Of a stretch of 64,000 nt of DNA, positions 1-17,325 are shown one piece after another. The translations under genes were made by a program, and so were the position numbers. The notes beneath the pieces were generated by a model that was not told the origin of the DNA, made no database searches, and worked only from the letters and a program-made list of their open reading frames with translations. Each line of letters begins with the position of its first letter. The stretch's first letter is position 1. Source of the DNA: Macrostomum lignano (taxonomy: Eukaryota); contig NIVC01001283.1 in the NCBI GenBank assembly GCA_002269645.1, positions 124,001 through 188,000 on the forward strand, read 5' to 3'.

Positions 1-813
1 CCTGCACGCGGTGTCGTGGCTCTACAAGCTAGCTGGGAGGGCCGACCCGACTGCTCACCCTCTAGTGCGACTCGCCCTCCAAGGCGTTAAACGGCAAAGG
101 GGCGCCCATGCGAGACAAAAAGTAGGCTTGACCCCCGCCATGCTGCAGCAGCTGAAATTCCAAATCGACACGACATCCTGCCACGGCGCAGCCTTCTGGT
201 GCTGTCTGCTGGTCGGGTTCTGGGGATTGCTGCGTGCAGATAATCTGTGCCTCCCCTCTGCGTCAGCCGCTCGGAGCCCGGAGTTGTCAGCTGGAGCAGT
301 GCGGCTGAAAGACCTGCAGCTCAAGACAAACAACGGCTGTGGGTCCAGCGCAGCAAGACAATCCAGTTTGCTGAGTGGCAGCACCTGGTCTGGCTGCCAC
401 GACTGCCGGCTGCAAATGGGTCTCCTAATCCGCTATGCCCGTTCTGCGCAGTCCTTGTCCACCTTGAGTGCAACAATGTCACTGGAAACGGACCCGACTC
501 ACTCCTGTTTGCTTTTCGGGCAGGCCAACAACTGGTCCTGGTGTGTCAACCACAGTTTTCAAGACAGCTGTTCAAAGCAGCAGCAGCGGCCAGCCTCGAG
601 CCAACAGCAATCTCTGGGCATTCGTTGCGCAGAGGCGGGGCAACCTTCTTCGCCAGCTCAGGCGTGTCTGTGCACGAAGTGATAGCCTTGGGTGACTGGC
701 AAAGCAACTCCGTGTTTTGTTACATTCAAACTGATGTCGAGGCTCGCCGGTGCCCGGTGGAAGCAGCATCAGCCTTCATTGTCAGCCACCCCCCATCCTC
801 TCGCTGCTCCTAA
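1..813 (+). mobile_element. Tyrosine recombinase (YR) of a DIRS/Ngaro-type retrotransposon, 5'-truncated by the window edge and frameshifted near 318-335
   Basis: Frame of ORF 11..682 gives LAGRADPTAHPLVRLALQGVKR...AFWCCLLVGFWGLLRADNL (first catalytic R). Frame of ORF 247..813 continues with QRSKTIQF, HSLRRGGAT (HxxR) and LGDWQSNSVFCYI (W and catalytic Y). This is the DIRS-type integrase motif order. Confidence 0.85.
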
Positions 814-829
814 CTCTTTTCCTTTGGCC

Positions 830-1205
830 TTGGGCCTGCCTTGCTGTGCTTGATTGCCCACTTGCTTGTCTCTGCCTCTTTGCTCCAGACATTAATGGGC
901 AGGTAAAGCAAGTGGGCTTTAGCCATTTTTAATGGCTAAGCGACCTACCTTGCTGCCCCCCTTTTTTATCGCCCAGCCTTGTACTTGTGCTTGTTTTTAC
1001 GCACTGTACATACGTGCTCTGACTCAATACCCCTAATTTATATATACAATGCTCAGCTTAATGCAAAAGGGCGCTGCTGCAGCTCAATTTTTTTAATTTT
1101 TGCAACAATATACTTGAAAAATGCGGGACTTAATTGCTTTGGGGCCTGCCTCGCTGTGCTCGATCACCCACTCCTCATCTCCGCCTCTTTGCTCCAGACA
1201 TTAAT
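830..1205 (+). repeat. Two diverged ~66 bp direct repeats (830-896 and 1141-1205) downstream of the YR, candidate split terminal repeats
   Basis: TGGGCCTGCCTTGCTGTGCTTGATTGCCCAC...GCCTCTTTGCTCCAGACATTAAT versus GGGGCCTGCCTCGCTGTGCTCGATCACCCAC...GCCTCTTTGCTCCAGACATTAAT. Confidence 0.8.
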
Positions 1206-3374
1206 TATATAATATAAGGCATTCTATTTAGAATAAAGCTCTATTCCTAGCTCTATTTAAAACAATCTTTATTTAGGTCCTGTTCTATTATTTTTATTTA
1301 CAATTTTCTTACTTATATTCAATCAACCACCCAAACAAAAACTGATAATAGCTAATACTAATAGCATATCTCCAACATCTAACTAACAACTTTAGTCCAA
1401 ACAGTCCTTTCTAATGTTTTACAATAATTATGGCTATGGCTATATAACAATACTATAGAAATTATAACAAAATGGATGCCTATAGCAGCTATGAATATGC
1501 CTATAGAAAATAATTGCTCCTATAGCTAACTATGGAAATGTGGCAATTTAAAGTTCTTCCTATAGATTACTATACTAAGTTTGAGTTTTGTATTATTAGA
1601 AATTGATTAATTAATTTCAAAATATCAATATGGATCAATGATGAAGAAAAAAATTGGTGATCAACAAAAATACAAACAAAATTATTTTTTACTTATGTTT
1701 AAAAGATCTGCATTATGACAAAACACTTGTCATTTCTTACTGCCAAAATGAATTAAGCCTTCCTATTTCTTATCTTTTCATTATAGAAGAAGTTTTTTGT
1801 TATGATATTGGTATAGCTATGTTTAATTAGGAAAATTTAAGAAGTATAAAATAATTTTACATATTGTTTGTCAATCTGTCTATTTGTCAAGCTAAGATTA
1901 AGAATAAAAAGCTAGGAAGGCCTAAGGCTGCTTATATTTTTATTAGACTCTTACAATGAGATTTTACCTATTGACTATTGACTTGCCTTATGTATGAAAG
2001 AATTTTATGATATATTTCTTATCTCTTTTGGCTATAGATATCATTTTTATTTAGTGTGGAATTACATTTCAGCACTAATTCAAACTTGAAAATAATAGGC
2101 CTAATGCAAAACGAAGTATGAAGTATTTCTAGCAATGAGTCATTTTGCCGAGTTGGTTAAAAATTTGGTTAAACATTTAATTTTAGAAGAATGCCTCAAA
2201 ACTTAAGCACGTGAAATCCCGATCTGAACTATTTTAGTGAACATTAGTGGTATGATACTGCTTCAGGCTCTTGCCATGATATTTGGACACTTAGAAAGAC
2301 GTTAAGTGACATTCTTAATACTAAGCCTCAAGCCATACTGGCTCGAAAATTACACACACTGACAGAAAATTAATTCTTTCATAGTTCAGATCAGTAGACC
2401 TAGGCCTTATCTACTACTACTGATAATTGTACACTTATATATATTGTAAAATACTATTTAATTGAATAAAGACCAATTTAAAGCCTGCAGACATTTTTAT
2501 TAGATAAACAAAACCTTAAAAATTAATTACAAAATTGAAAGAGTAACAATACAAGCGATATAAATAACTTGTAAATAGTAATTTTAAGTGAGAATATCAC
2601 AAACTAGCTAGTTTATTTGCGCAAAAATGACGATGTCTCACCTTCCCACCTCCCCCTGGACGCAAGCAAAAGCCCTCTTGTGGAAAAAAAAGAAAAAATG
2701 TTTATTCATGTTGAAAAGAGGCTTGAGAATCCTTATTGAAATTTTAATTACTAGTATGCATTGATTTGGTTTTCAACATTCAGTTGTTTTTAACAAGTAT
2801 GACCGTTGCCACTGACTAATAAACGAGGGCTATGGCTGATAGCTGCATAAGCTGTAGCCTAGCTGCTGCTCTGAACTGAGCGTCGATTAGCAATTGAGAA
2901 TTAGTAGCAACTAGTTAATTAGAATTAAATTAGAATTAGTAGTTATTGCAGCAATAATGTAGCAACTGCAGACAGCGCACAAGCGTAAGCGCCGTGAAAC
3001 CAGACTTTTATTTCATTGGCTATGTAATTCATGCATGGTCTGCAAATTTTATCCGCTCAAAGAAAGCCATTTGCAGCATTTCTGAGCACTAAATGCACAA
3101 ATTTAAATGACGTGCAGTGCAATGTAAGCTCTTGGTCTCTCATTTAGCCAACATTAGCCAACATGCACAAAATGCTCCCGCCGCTTATACACCTAGCTGT
3201 ACATGTATATTTGCGACATGGCATGCACTATTTACATGTAGACTACTTACATATGCAGCTGAACGCATTGATAAATACATGTAGCAACTGCTAGAAGTTC
3301 TCTTCTTAATTTAACTTAGTTTCAACTTACCTGCTTCAGCAAAGAAAATATTAAATGCTTTAATTGGTCACAAT

Positions 3375-3690
3375 GGGGGGGTCGTAGCCGCAGTGGTCTC
3401 GCGCGGCGTTCTGATGTGCCAGCGGCCCAGGCTCGATTCCAAGTGCAGTCACATTATTTTGGGCTAAATTGGAATCTCGGCTTGGCTCTGCTCGTGCAAT
3501 TAACGCCCTTGAGGGCCAACTTCCAAGGCACAGGAGTGAAGTGTACATGCCTACGATAAATAAAGTCAGGGCCGCTGTACACACCTGTGTGAGTGTGTGC
3601 CTGTGCGTATGACTGCATACGTATCCGCGTGCTTGTGTGCCTGCTCAGGGGAGTCGGCGCAATGGGCAGCATAATGCCTCTCGCCGGTTG
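3375..3690 (+). mobile_element. tRNA-derived SINE (head 3375-3477) followed by a body ending in a LINE-like 3' hairpin
   Basis: A-box-like TAGCCGCAGTGG and B-box-like GGCTCGATTCC. The head is ~100 bp homologous to 51134-51232. The 3' part (3565-3690) is related to 29837-29925 and 48855-48955. Whether head and body are one element is inferred. Confidence 0.6.
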
Positions 3691-4214
3691 TGCGGCACAC
3701 ACTGTTCAACAATGTCTCTTAAAGTACACTAGGGTGCACACAGCCCCGACCTCTAAAAAAAGAGTAAAAAGGTCACAATCCATACGAAACTTCACAAGCT
3801 GGCAAAATTTTGTCGGTCACTAAAAAAACTTAAACGAAATCGATTGTATGAAATATCCAGCTCTGAAAAAAACTGTCTTTGAAGGACAGAGAATTTCGAG
3901 TTTCTGAACCCCTTGTACATTGCAATGCAGCTTCATTAGGACGCCGAGGTCCTTTATGCGTCACATATTGGCAGTTTCTGGCCATTGCGCTGCTGCATGC
4001 ATAATCATGACCCGGATGTGACTGCATCGATAAGAAATTTATAGCTGTATTTTTCTTCTCACCATTTTTATTTCCGATGTAATCTGGTTGAGCACCGGAG
4101 ATTAAAATCATAATTCTGGCGTCATAGCGAGGCGAGACAGACATGCAGTGCTTCAGGTTGCGCAGGTTTTCAATGCGATATCTTACATGCACTAACAATT
4201 GAACTGTAGAACAA

Positions 4215-4502
4215 GGGGATGTAGCCTAGTGGCTAGACCGTCGGAATCACCACTGAATGGTCGGGGGCTCGATTCTTGACTCACTCGGAACAATTTGTGT
4301 CCTTGAGCAAGACGCTTAACTCTGCATTGCTTCAGTTCACCCAGCTGTAAAATGGGTGCCAGCATTAGCTGGGGTAATTGAGGCTGTGTCATTAGACTGA
4401 ACAGCCGTACGCAGCCTTCAGATGCGCCGCGCAATAGCTGCGGCTGAGCTGTTGGTTGCACATCTGCCTATTAGGGCAGGTGTAATAATAATTATTATTA
4501 TT
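4215..4502 (+). mobile_element. tRNA-derived CORE (MIR-like) SINE
   Basis: Head GGGGATGTAGCCTAGTGG (A box) and GGCTCGATTC (B box). TGTGTCCTTGAGCAAGACGCTTAACTCTGCATTGCTTCAGTTCACCCAGCTGTAAAATGGG (4296-4356) resembles the MIR CORE consensus TGTGACCTTGGGCAAGTCACTTAACCTCTCTGTGCCTCAGTTTCCTCATCTGTAAAATGGG. Ends in a TAATAATAATTATTATT tail. Confidence 0.7.
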
Positions 4503-5340
4503 GCATTCATATAGTATCGGTACAATATTGTATTGGTTGCCCGATCATATATCGGGGTCATTGTCATGGACAACTGAGGTGCGTGAATGACTTTCTGTGT
4601 CTTCAATTTAGTAACTGAGCTAATTGCATATTGACTGAGCGCTCATACAGTGCATTTTGTGCAGTGACATTTTAGCTACCTGTTGAGATATGCATGTACA
4701 AGTAGACTGCAGTATTCCGCACCGGATAAATTAATTAGCTAGTTAGCAACAAATATAATATGGGATTAAATTACCATGAGATCGGATCCTATCAACATCG
4801 CTGCATGCTTAGAGTCTGCGTATGGATTTCATATCGCAATGCATGGACGATTACATCTAGCATCTCATGGCAGTCTTGAAACCCGATCTAACGACATTAA
4901 TATTAATGTACAATTTTTTACAGCTAATTAATTATTAATTAACTATTTAATTATTAATTGTATGCTTCTTCTATCCGAAATATATTTTGACTAGGAAATG
5001 GCGGATAAAAAGTGTCAACTAACCTCCAACATGCGCATAGCATAAGATGGCAAGTGACCATCAGAGATTACCGAAAACGAAAGAGATCTAATACTGCGGT
5101 TGCAGAAGAAGTAGAAGAAGTTTTTGAAGAAGTACGGGAGTAGTATAAGACTACTGTTGATTTCATAAGGATTTCGATGTTTTAAATTAAAAAAGCTTGA
5201 CTCCTGAAAGCCAGCTAGACATCAGCATCCCCTTTGAGTCTTAGAATCTCTGCAACTCCTCTTAAGCCATTGCCTAAGCATAACCTTAAATCTCTCTATC
5301 TGAGTGCATGAACTACCAGCAACTCCAACTTTACCTTTGG

Positions 5341-8340
5341 CATCTCAACAATCCACCCCGTGAGCATTGGCATCTCAACAATCCCCCCCGTGAGCATTGG
5401 CATCTCAACAATCCCCCCGTGAGCATTGGCATCTCAACGATTCCCCCCCCCGTTAGCATTGGCATCTCAACAATTCCCCCCGTGAGCATTGGCATCTCAA
5501 CAATCCCCCCGTGAGCATTGGCATCTCAACAATTACCCCCGTGAGCATTGGCATCTCAACAATCCCCCCGTGAGCATTGGCATCTCAACGATCCCCCCGT
5601 TAGCATTGGCATCTCAACAATTCCCCCCGTGAGCATTGGCATCTCAACAATCCCCCCGTGAGCATTGGCATCTCAACGATTCCCCCCCGTTAGCATTGGC
5701 ATCACAACAATTCCCCCCGTGAGCATTGGCATCTCAACAATTCCCCCCGTTAGCATTGGCATCTCAACAATTCCCCCCGTTAGCATTGGCATCTCAACAA
5801 TTCCCCCCGTGAGCATTGGCATCTCAACAATCCCCCTGCGAGCATTGGCATCTCAACAATTTCAACAATTCCCCGTGAGCATTGGCATCTCAACAATCCC
5901 CCCGTGAGCATTGGCATCTCAACGATTCCCCCCGTTAGCATTGGCATCTCAACAATTCCCCCCGTGAGCATTGGCATCTCAACAATCCCCCCGTGAGCAT
6001 TGGCATCTCAACAATCCCCCCGTGAGCATTGGCATCTCAACAATTACCCCGTGAGCATTGGCATCTCAACAATCCCCCGTGAGCATTGGCATCTCAACGA
6101 TTCCCCCCCCCCGTTAGCATTGGCATCTCAACAATTCCCCCGTGAGCATTGGCATCTCAACGATTCCCCCCGTTAGCATTGGCATCACAACAATTCCCCC
6201 GTGAGCATTGGCATCTCAACAATTCCCCCCGTTAGCATTGGCATCTCAACAATTCCCCCCGTGAGCATTGGCATCTCAACAATTCCTCCCGTGAGCATTG
6301 GCATCTCAACAATCCCCCTGCGAGCATTGGCATCTCAACAATTTCAACAATTCCCCCGTGAGCATTGGCATCTCAACAATCCCCCTGCGAGCATTGGCAT
6401 CTCAACAATCCCCCCGTGAGCATTGGCATCTCAACAAATTCAACAATTCCCCCGTGAGCATTGGCATCTCAACAATCCCCCTGCGAGCATTGGCATCTCA
6501 ACAATCCCCCCGTGAGCATTGGCATCTCAACAATCCCCCCGTGAGCATTGGCATCTCAACAATCCCCCCGTGAGCATTGGCATCTCAACAATTCCTCCCG
6601 TGAGCATTGGCATCTCAACAATTCCCCCCCGTGAGCATTGGCATCTCAACAATCCCCCCGTGAGCATTGGCATCTCAACAATCCCCCTGCGAGCATTGGC
6701 ATATCAACAATTTCAACAATTCCCCCGTGAGCATTGGCATCTCAACAATCCCCCGTGAGCATTGGCATCTCAACGATTCCCCCCCCCCGTTAGCATTGGC
6801 ATCTCAACAATTCCCCCCGTGAGCATTGGCATCTCAACAATCCCCCGTGAGCATTGGCATCTCAACAATCCCCCCGTGAGCATTGGCATCTCAACAATTA
6901 CCCCCGTGAGCATTGGCATCTCAACAATCCCCCCGTGAGCATTGGCATCTCAACGATCCCCCCCCGTTAGCATTGGCATCTCAACAATTCCCCCGTGAGC
7001 ATTGGCATCTCAACAATCCCCCCGTGAGCATTGGCATCTCAACGATTCCCCCCGTTAGCATTGGCATCACAACAATTCCCCCCGTGAGCATTGGCATCTC
7101 AACAATTCCCCCCGTTAGCATTGGCATCTCAACAATTCCTCCCGTGAGCATTGGCATCTCAACAATCCCCCTGCGAGCATTGGCATCTCAACAATTTCAA
7201 CAATTCCCCCGTGAGCATTGGCATCTCAACAATCCCCCTGCGAGCATTGGCATCTCAACAATCCCCCCGTGAGCATTGGCATCTCAACAATTTCAACAAT
7301 TCCCCCGTGAGCATTGGCATCTCAACAATCCCCCTGCGAGCATTGGCATCTCAACAATCCCCCCGTGAGCATTGGCATCTCAACAATCCCCCCGTTAGCA
7401 TTGGCATCTCAACAATCCCCCCGTGAGCATTGGCATCTCAACAATTCCTCCCGTGAGCATTGGCATCTCAACAATTCCCCCCCGTGAGCATTGGCATCTC
7501 AACAATCCCCCCGTGAGCATTGGCATCTCAACAATCCCCCTGCGAGCATTGGCATCTCAACAATTTCAACAATTCCCCCGTGAGCATTGGCATCTCAACA
7601 ATCCCCCCGTGAGCATTGGCATCTCAACGATTCCCCCCCGTTAGCATTGGCATCTCAACAATTCCCCCCGTGAGCATTGGCATCTCAACAATCCCCCCGT
7701 GAGCATTGGCATCTCAACAATCCCCCCGTGAGCATTGGCATCTCAACAATTACCCCCGTGAGCATTGGCATCTCAACAATCCCCCCGTGAGCATTGGCAT
7801 CTCAACGATTCCCCCCCCCGTTAGCATTGGCATCTCAACAATTCCCCCCGTTAGCATTGGCATCTCAACAATTCCCCCCGTGAGCATTGGCATCTCAACA
7901 ATTCCTCCCGTGAGCATTGGCATCTCAACAATCCCCCTGCGAGCATTGGCATCTCAACAATTTCAACAATTCCCCCGTGAGCATTGGCATCTCAACAATC
8001 CCCCTGCGAGCATTGGCATCTCAACAATCCCCCCGTGAGCATTGGCATCTCAACAATTTCAACAATTCCCCCGTGAGCATTGGCATCTCAACAATCCCCC
8101 CGTGAGCATTGGCATCTCAACAATCCCCCCGTGAGCATTGGCATCTCAACGATCCCCCCGTGAGCATTGGCATTTCAACAATTCCCCCCCGTGAGCATTG
8201 GCATCTCAACAATCCCCCCGTGAGCATTGGCATCTCAACAATTCCCCCCGTGAGCATTGGCATCTCAACAGTCCCCCCGTGAGCATTGGCATCATCTCAA
8301 CAATCCCCCCGTGAGCATTGGCATCTCAACAATCCCCCCG
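5341..8340. repeat. ~3 kb minisatellite, 29-31 bp unit GTGAGCATTGGCATCTCAACAATCCCCCC with ~40 bp variants and higher-order duplication
   Basis: Directly visible tandem array. Near-identical 91-aa translations at 6298 and 7151 (853 bp apart) reveal a higher-order repeat. Confidence 0.97.
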
Positions 8341-8400
8341 TTTTTATTTCTTAAGCACAAAAATTGTTATTACTTTCGATAGAAGGCAGACCCAGTGTTC
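8341..8400 (-). repeat. Dispersed terminal-like motif GGGTCT(G/T)CCTTCTATCGAA(A/G)G(T/C)AATAACAATTTTTGTGCT, with other copies at 41499-41555 (+) and 47373-47412 (+, partial)
   Basis: Three homologous copies in the window. This one directly abuts the 3 kb satellite. Confidence 0.7.
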
Positions 8401-8997
8401 ATCTTTTAACATGTTTGCCCTTCTTTTAGCTCTATTGTTATTCATAAAGCTCTTCGTTTAGAAAACGGATTCCATGTTTATTTTATATCCTTACTTACAA
8501 TCGTACGAGCTTACATGTCCTGTGCCTAAAAACCATTAAAATGGCACTGCTCGGCTCATTGGTTTTTTTGAATCCATATTTTATCATTCTTAGCTTAGTG
8601 ACAGTAACAAAATGTGCAGCAGAAAAGACCAATTGTTAAGTAGCTTGCGATCAAAACTGCTTGGTAATAGGGAGTTGTGCAATTACGCTAATAAATTTTC
8701 TGTAGTTATTGCACTGTAAACAGTTTCTGTCAAACAACATTAGCTTTTTATAAGCATTGGAGACACAAGAATTACATATGACTGGCAGGAACAAGTTAAT
8801 CTTTTTTGGAAAAAAAGGGGGTAAAACTGCTACTGCAGACTTTTATGGCTTTTTCTAAATGCTAATTGCAGCACTTGTTGGTTCCGTTTCGAAGCCTCTG
8901 GAAGTTTCAAAGTCCCTATTCGGTCACGCGATGGCCTCAGCTTGTCAGCGTGAAAGCAATAGGGAAGCTAAAGTCAAGGGCGCTTTTACATCGAATA

Positions 8998-9167
8998 AAT
9001 TTCACATCCACTAAGTTTCACATCCACTAAGTTTCACATCCACTAAGTTTCACATCCACTAAGTTTCACATCCACTAAGTTTCACATCCACTGAGTTTCA
9101 CATCCACTAAGTTTCACATCCACTAAGTTTCACATCCACTAAGTTTCACATCCACTAAGTTTCACAT
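8998..9167. repeat. 16 bp tandem repeat AAGTTTCACATCCACT (~10 copies)
   Basis: Directly visible. Confidence 0.95.
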
Positions 9168-9454
9168 TGCCTAAAATATTGTCATTTTAATAATGATTCC
9201 TGTGAAATTTAGGCCTTATGAAAGCCACACACTGAATATTTGCATGCAGAATTGTGTAAATTAAACAAAAGGAGCTAATTTAAATATGAAATGAATAACA
9301 AACTATTGGTCGAAACCACAAAAAGGTACGTAGTCATAAAATTCTACCCTTGAACAGCTAACCCAAACCTCAACCCTCATCCGGCCAATAGTCACAGAAT
9401 TTCAGCAATTCCTACATTTATAGCTGACGGGTCGATAACTTTTACGGTTCAACT

Positions 9455-9478
9455 CTAAACCTAACCATAACCCTAACC

Positions 9479-9509
<31 letters not shown>

Positions 9510-9564
9510 ATAACCCTAACCCTAACACTAACCCTAACCCTAACCCTAACACTAACCTAACCCT
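9455..9564. repeat. Interstitial telomere-like repeat (TAACCC)n / (TTAGGG)n, ~18 hexamers with variants
   Basis: CCTAACCCTAACCCT... flanked by unique sequence on both sides, ~120 bp past the channel stop codon. Confidence 0.9.
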
Positions 9565-9684
9565 ATTCAGGAAATTCAGGTCTTACGAAGCGAACCCCTT
9601 CCCCCAGAAGAAGCTCATAAATTTCCGTATAGAATACTAAGTAGGCACAGAGCCATAGCAACAATAACCAGAACGGCTAAGCAT

Positions 9685-15914
<6,230 letters not shown>

Positions 15915-16304
15915 TGACGCGAGTCTCTACGTGGGACTAAAGTTTATTAAGTTCAACTGGGACGGACTGGGCGGCGGGTTGTGGGGCTGACGGTCGCTCC
16001 CTGCTCCTTGTCAGGGATTTCCTGACCCGTCAAATCCCAGATAAGGGGAGAGAGGAAAGGAGGGCAGAGAGGGAGAATGGATGAAGATGATGACTCTCAT
16101 TGGATACACGGAGTTGAGGGGCGGTATAGAAATGCTGTTCGCATTAACATTCATTTTTCATTTTTTATAGCGAGTAAATTGTCGAGGGATACTACTGAAA
16201 TTGAGTAGCCATTCTGGGTGTAAGCGCTTAAATGCCACTTATTTGATACTGCCCAGAAATGGGTTTAATTGGTTTAAAGAAAGGCGAGACAGAAAGTAGA
16301 CCCA

Positions 16305-16880
16305 AGGCGTATCAGGGGTAGAGAATGTAGAGAGGGGTAGACAAGGAGAATATTTATGGGTAGAGAGTGTAGAGAGGGGTAGACAAAGAGTAGATTTATG
16401 GGTAGAGAGTGTAGAGAGGGGTAGAAAAGGAGTAGATTTAGGGTAGAGAGTGTAGAGAGGGGTAGACAAGGAGTAGATTTAGGGTAGAGAGTGTAGAGAG
16501 GGGTAGACAAGGAGTAGATTTAGGGTAGAGAGTGTAGAGAGGGGTAGACAAGGAGTATATTTAGGGTAGAGAGTGTAGAGAGGGGTAGACAAGGAGTAGA
16601 TTTAGGGTAGAGAGTGTAGAGAGGGGTAGACAAGGAGTAGATTTAGGGTAGAGAGTGTAGAGAGGGGTAGACAAGGAGTAGATTTAGGGTAGAGAGTGTA
16701 GAGAGGGGTAGACAAGGAGTAGATTTAGGGTAGAGAGTGAAGAGAGGGGTAGACAAGGAGTAGATTTAGGGTAGAGAGTGTAGAGAGGGGTAGACAAGGA
16801 GTAGATTTAGGGTAGAGAGTGAAGAGAGGGGTAGACAAGGAGTAGATTTATTGGTAGACAGAAAGTAGAGAGAGGTAGAC
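16305..16880. repeat. 41 bp minisatellite GGGTAGAGAGTGTAGAGAGGGGTAGACAAGGAGTAGATTTA upstream of the channel gene
   Basis: Directly visible, ~14 copies. Confidence 0.95.
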
Positions 16881-17325
16881 AAGGAATAAACTTTGCCAGC
16901 AACTCCATTCTAAAGTACATAAAACGCCCCAGATTTATAACCAATTTAATCACTGAAAACATAATCTGGTAATAAAGATGTTAATGCAAAGCAACGGTAG
17001 GAATGCACCAAAATTGATAATCGCCAAAGCTCTTCAGTGCAGCCAGCGGATAAATTGAATTGCATATTTGCTACAATTTTAGCGCTTAAAAATGATACAA
17101 GAGTGCAAGAGAAAAATGTTATTTCTTATTATGGAGCTGGCCACTTGGACCTCTCTGGGTTTATTCCACTCTGACGAATAGATAACAACAATCGGTACCA
17201 CTGGACTGAAGGTAGCTCGTGACTCAAATGTGATACTTTGCAACTGAAGGTGTCTAAGTAATTAATTAGCATTCTGTTTGTTTACTTGGTGCTACCATTG
17301 GGACTTCATTTCTTATAGCTCTGGG

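Noticed and set aside
3375-3450. Possible tRNA genes (also 4215-4280 and 51134-51200)
   Set aside because: A/B boxes are present but no complete cloverleaf or acceptor stem, and they continue into SINE bodies.
5308-8105. Cluster of ORFs with REHWHLNNPP / VSIGISTIPP repeats
   Set aside because: Translations of a 30 bp minisatellite with frame-shifting C-runs. Not coding.
9455-9564. True chromosome end
   Set aside because: The tract is short, degenerate and flanked by unique sequence on both sides.
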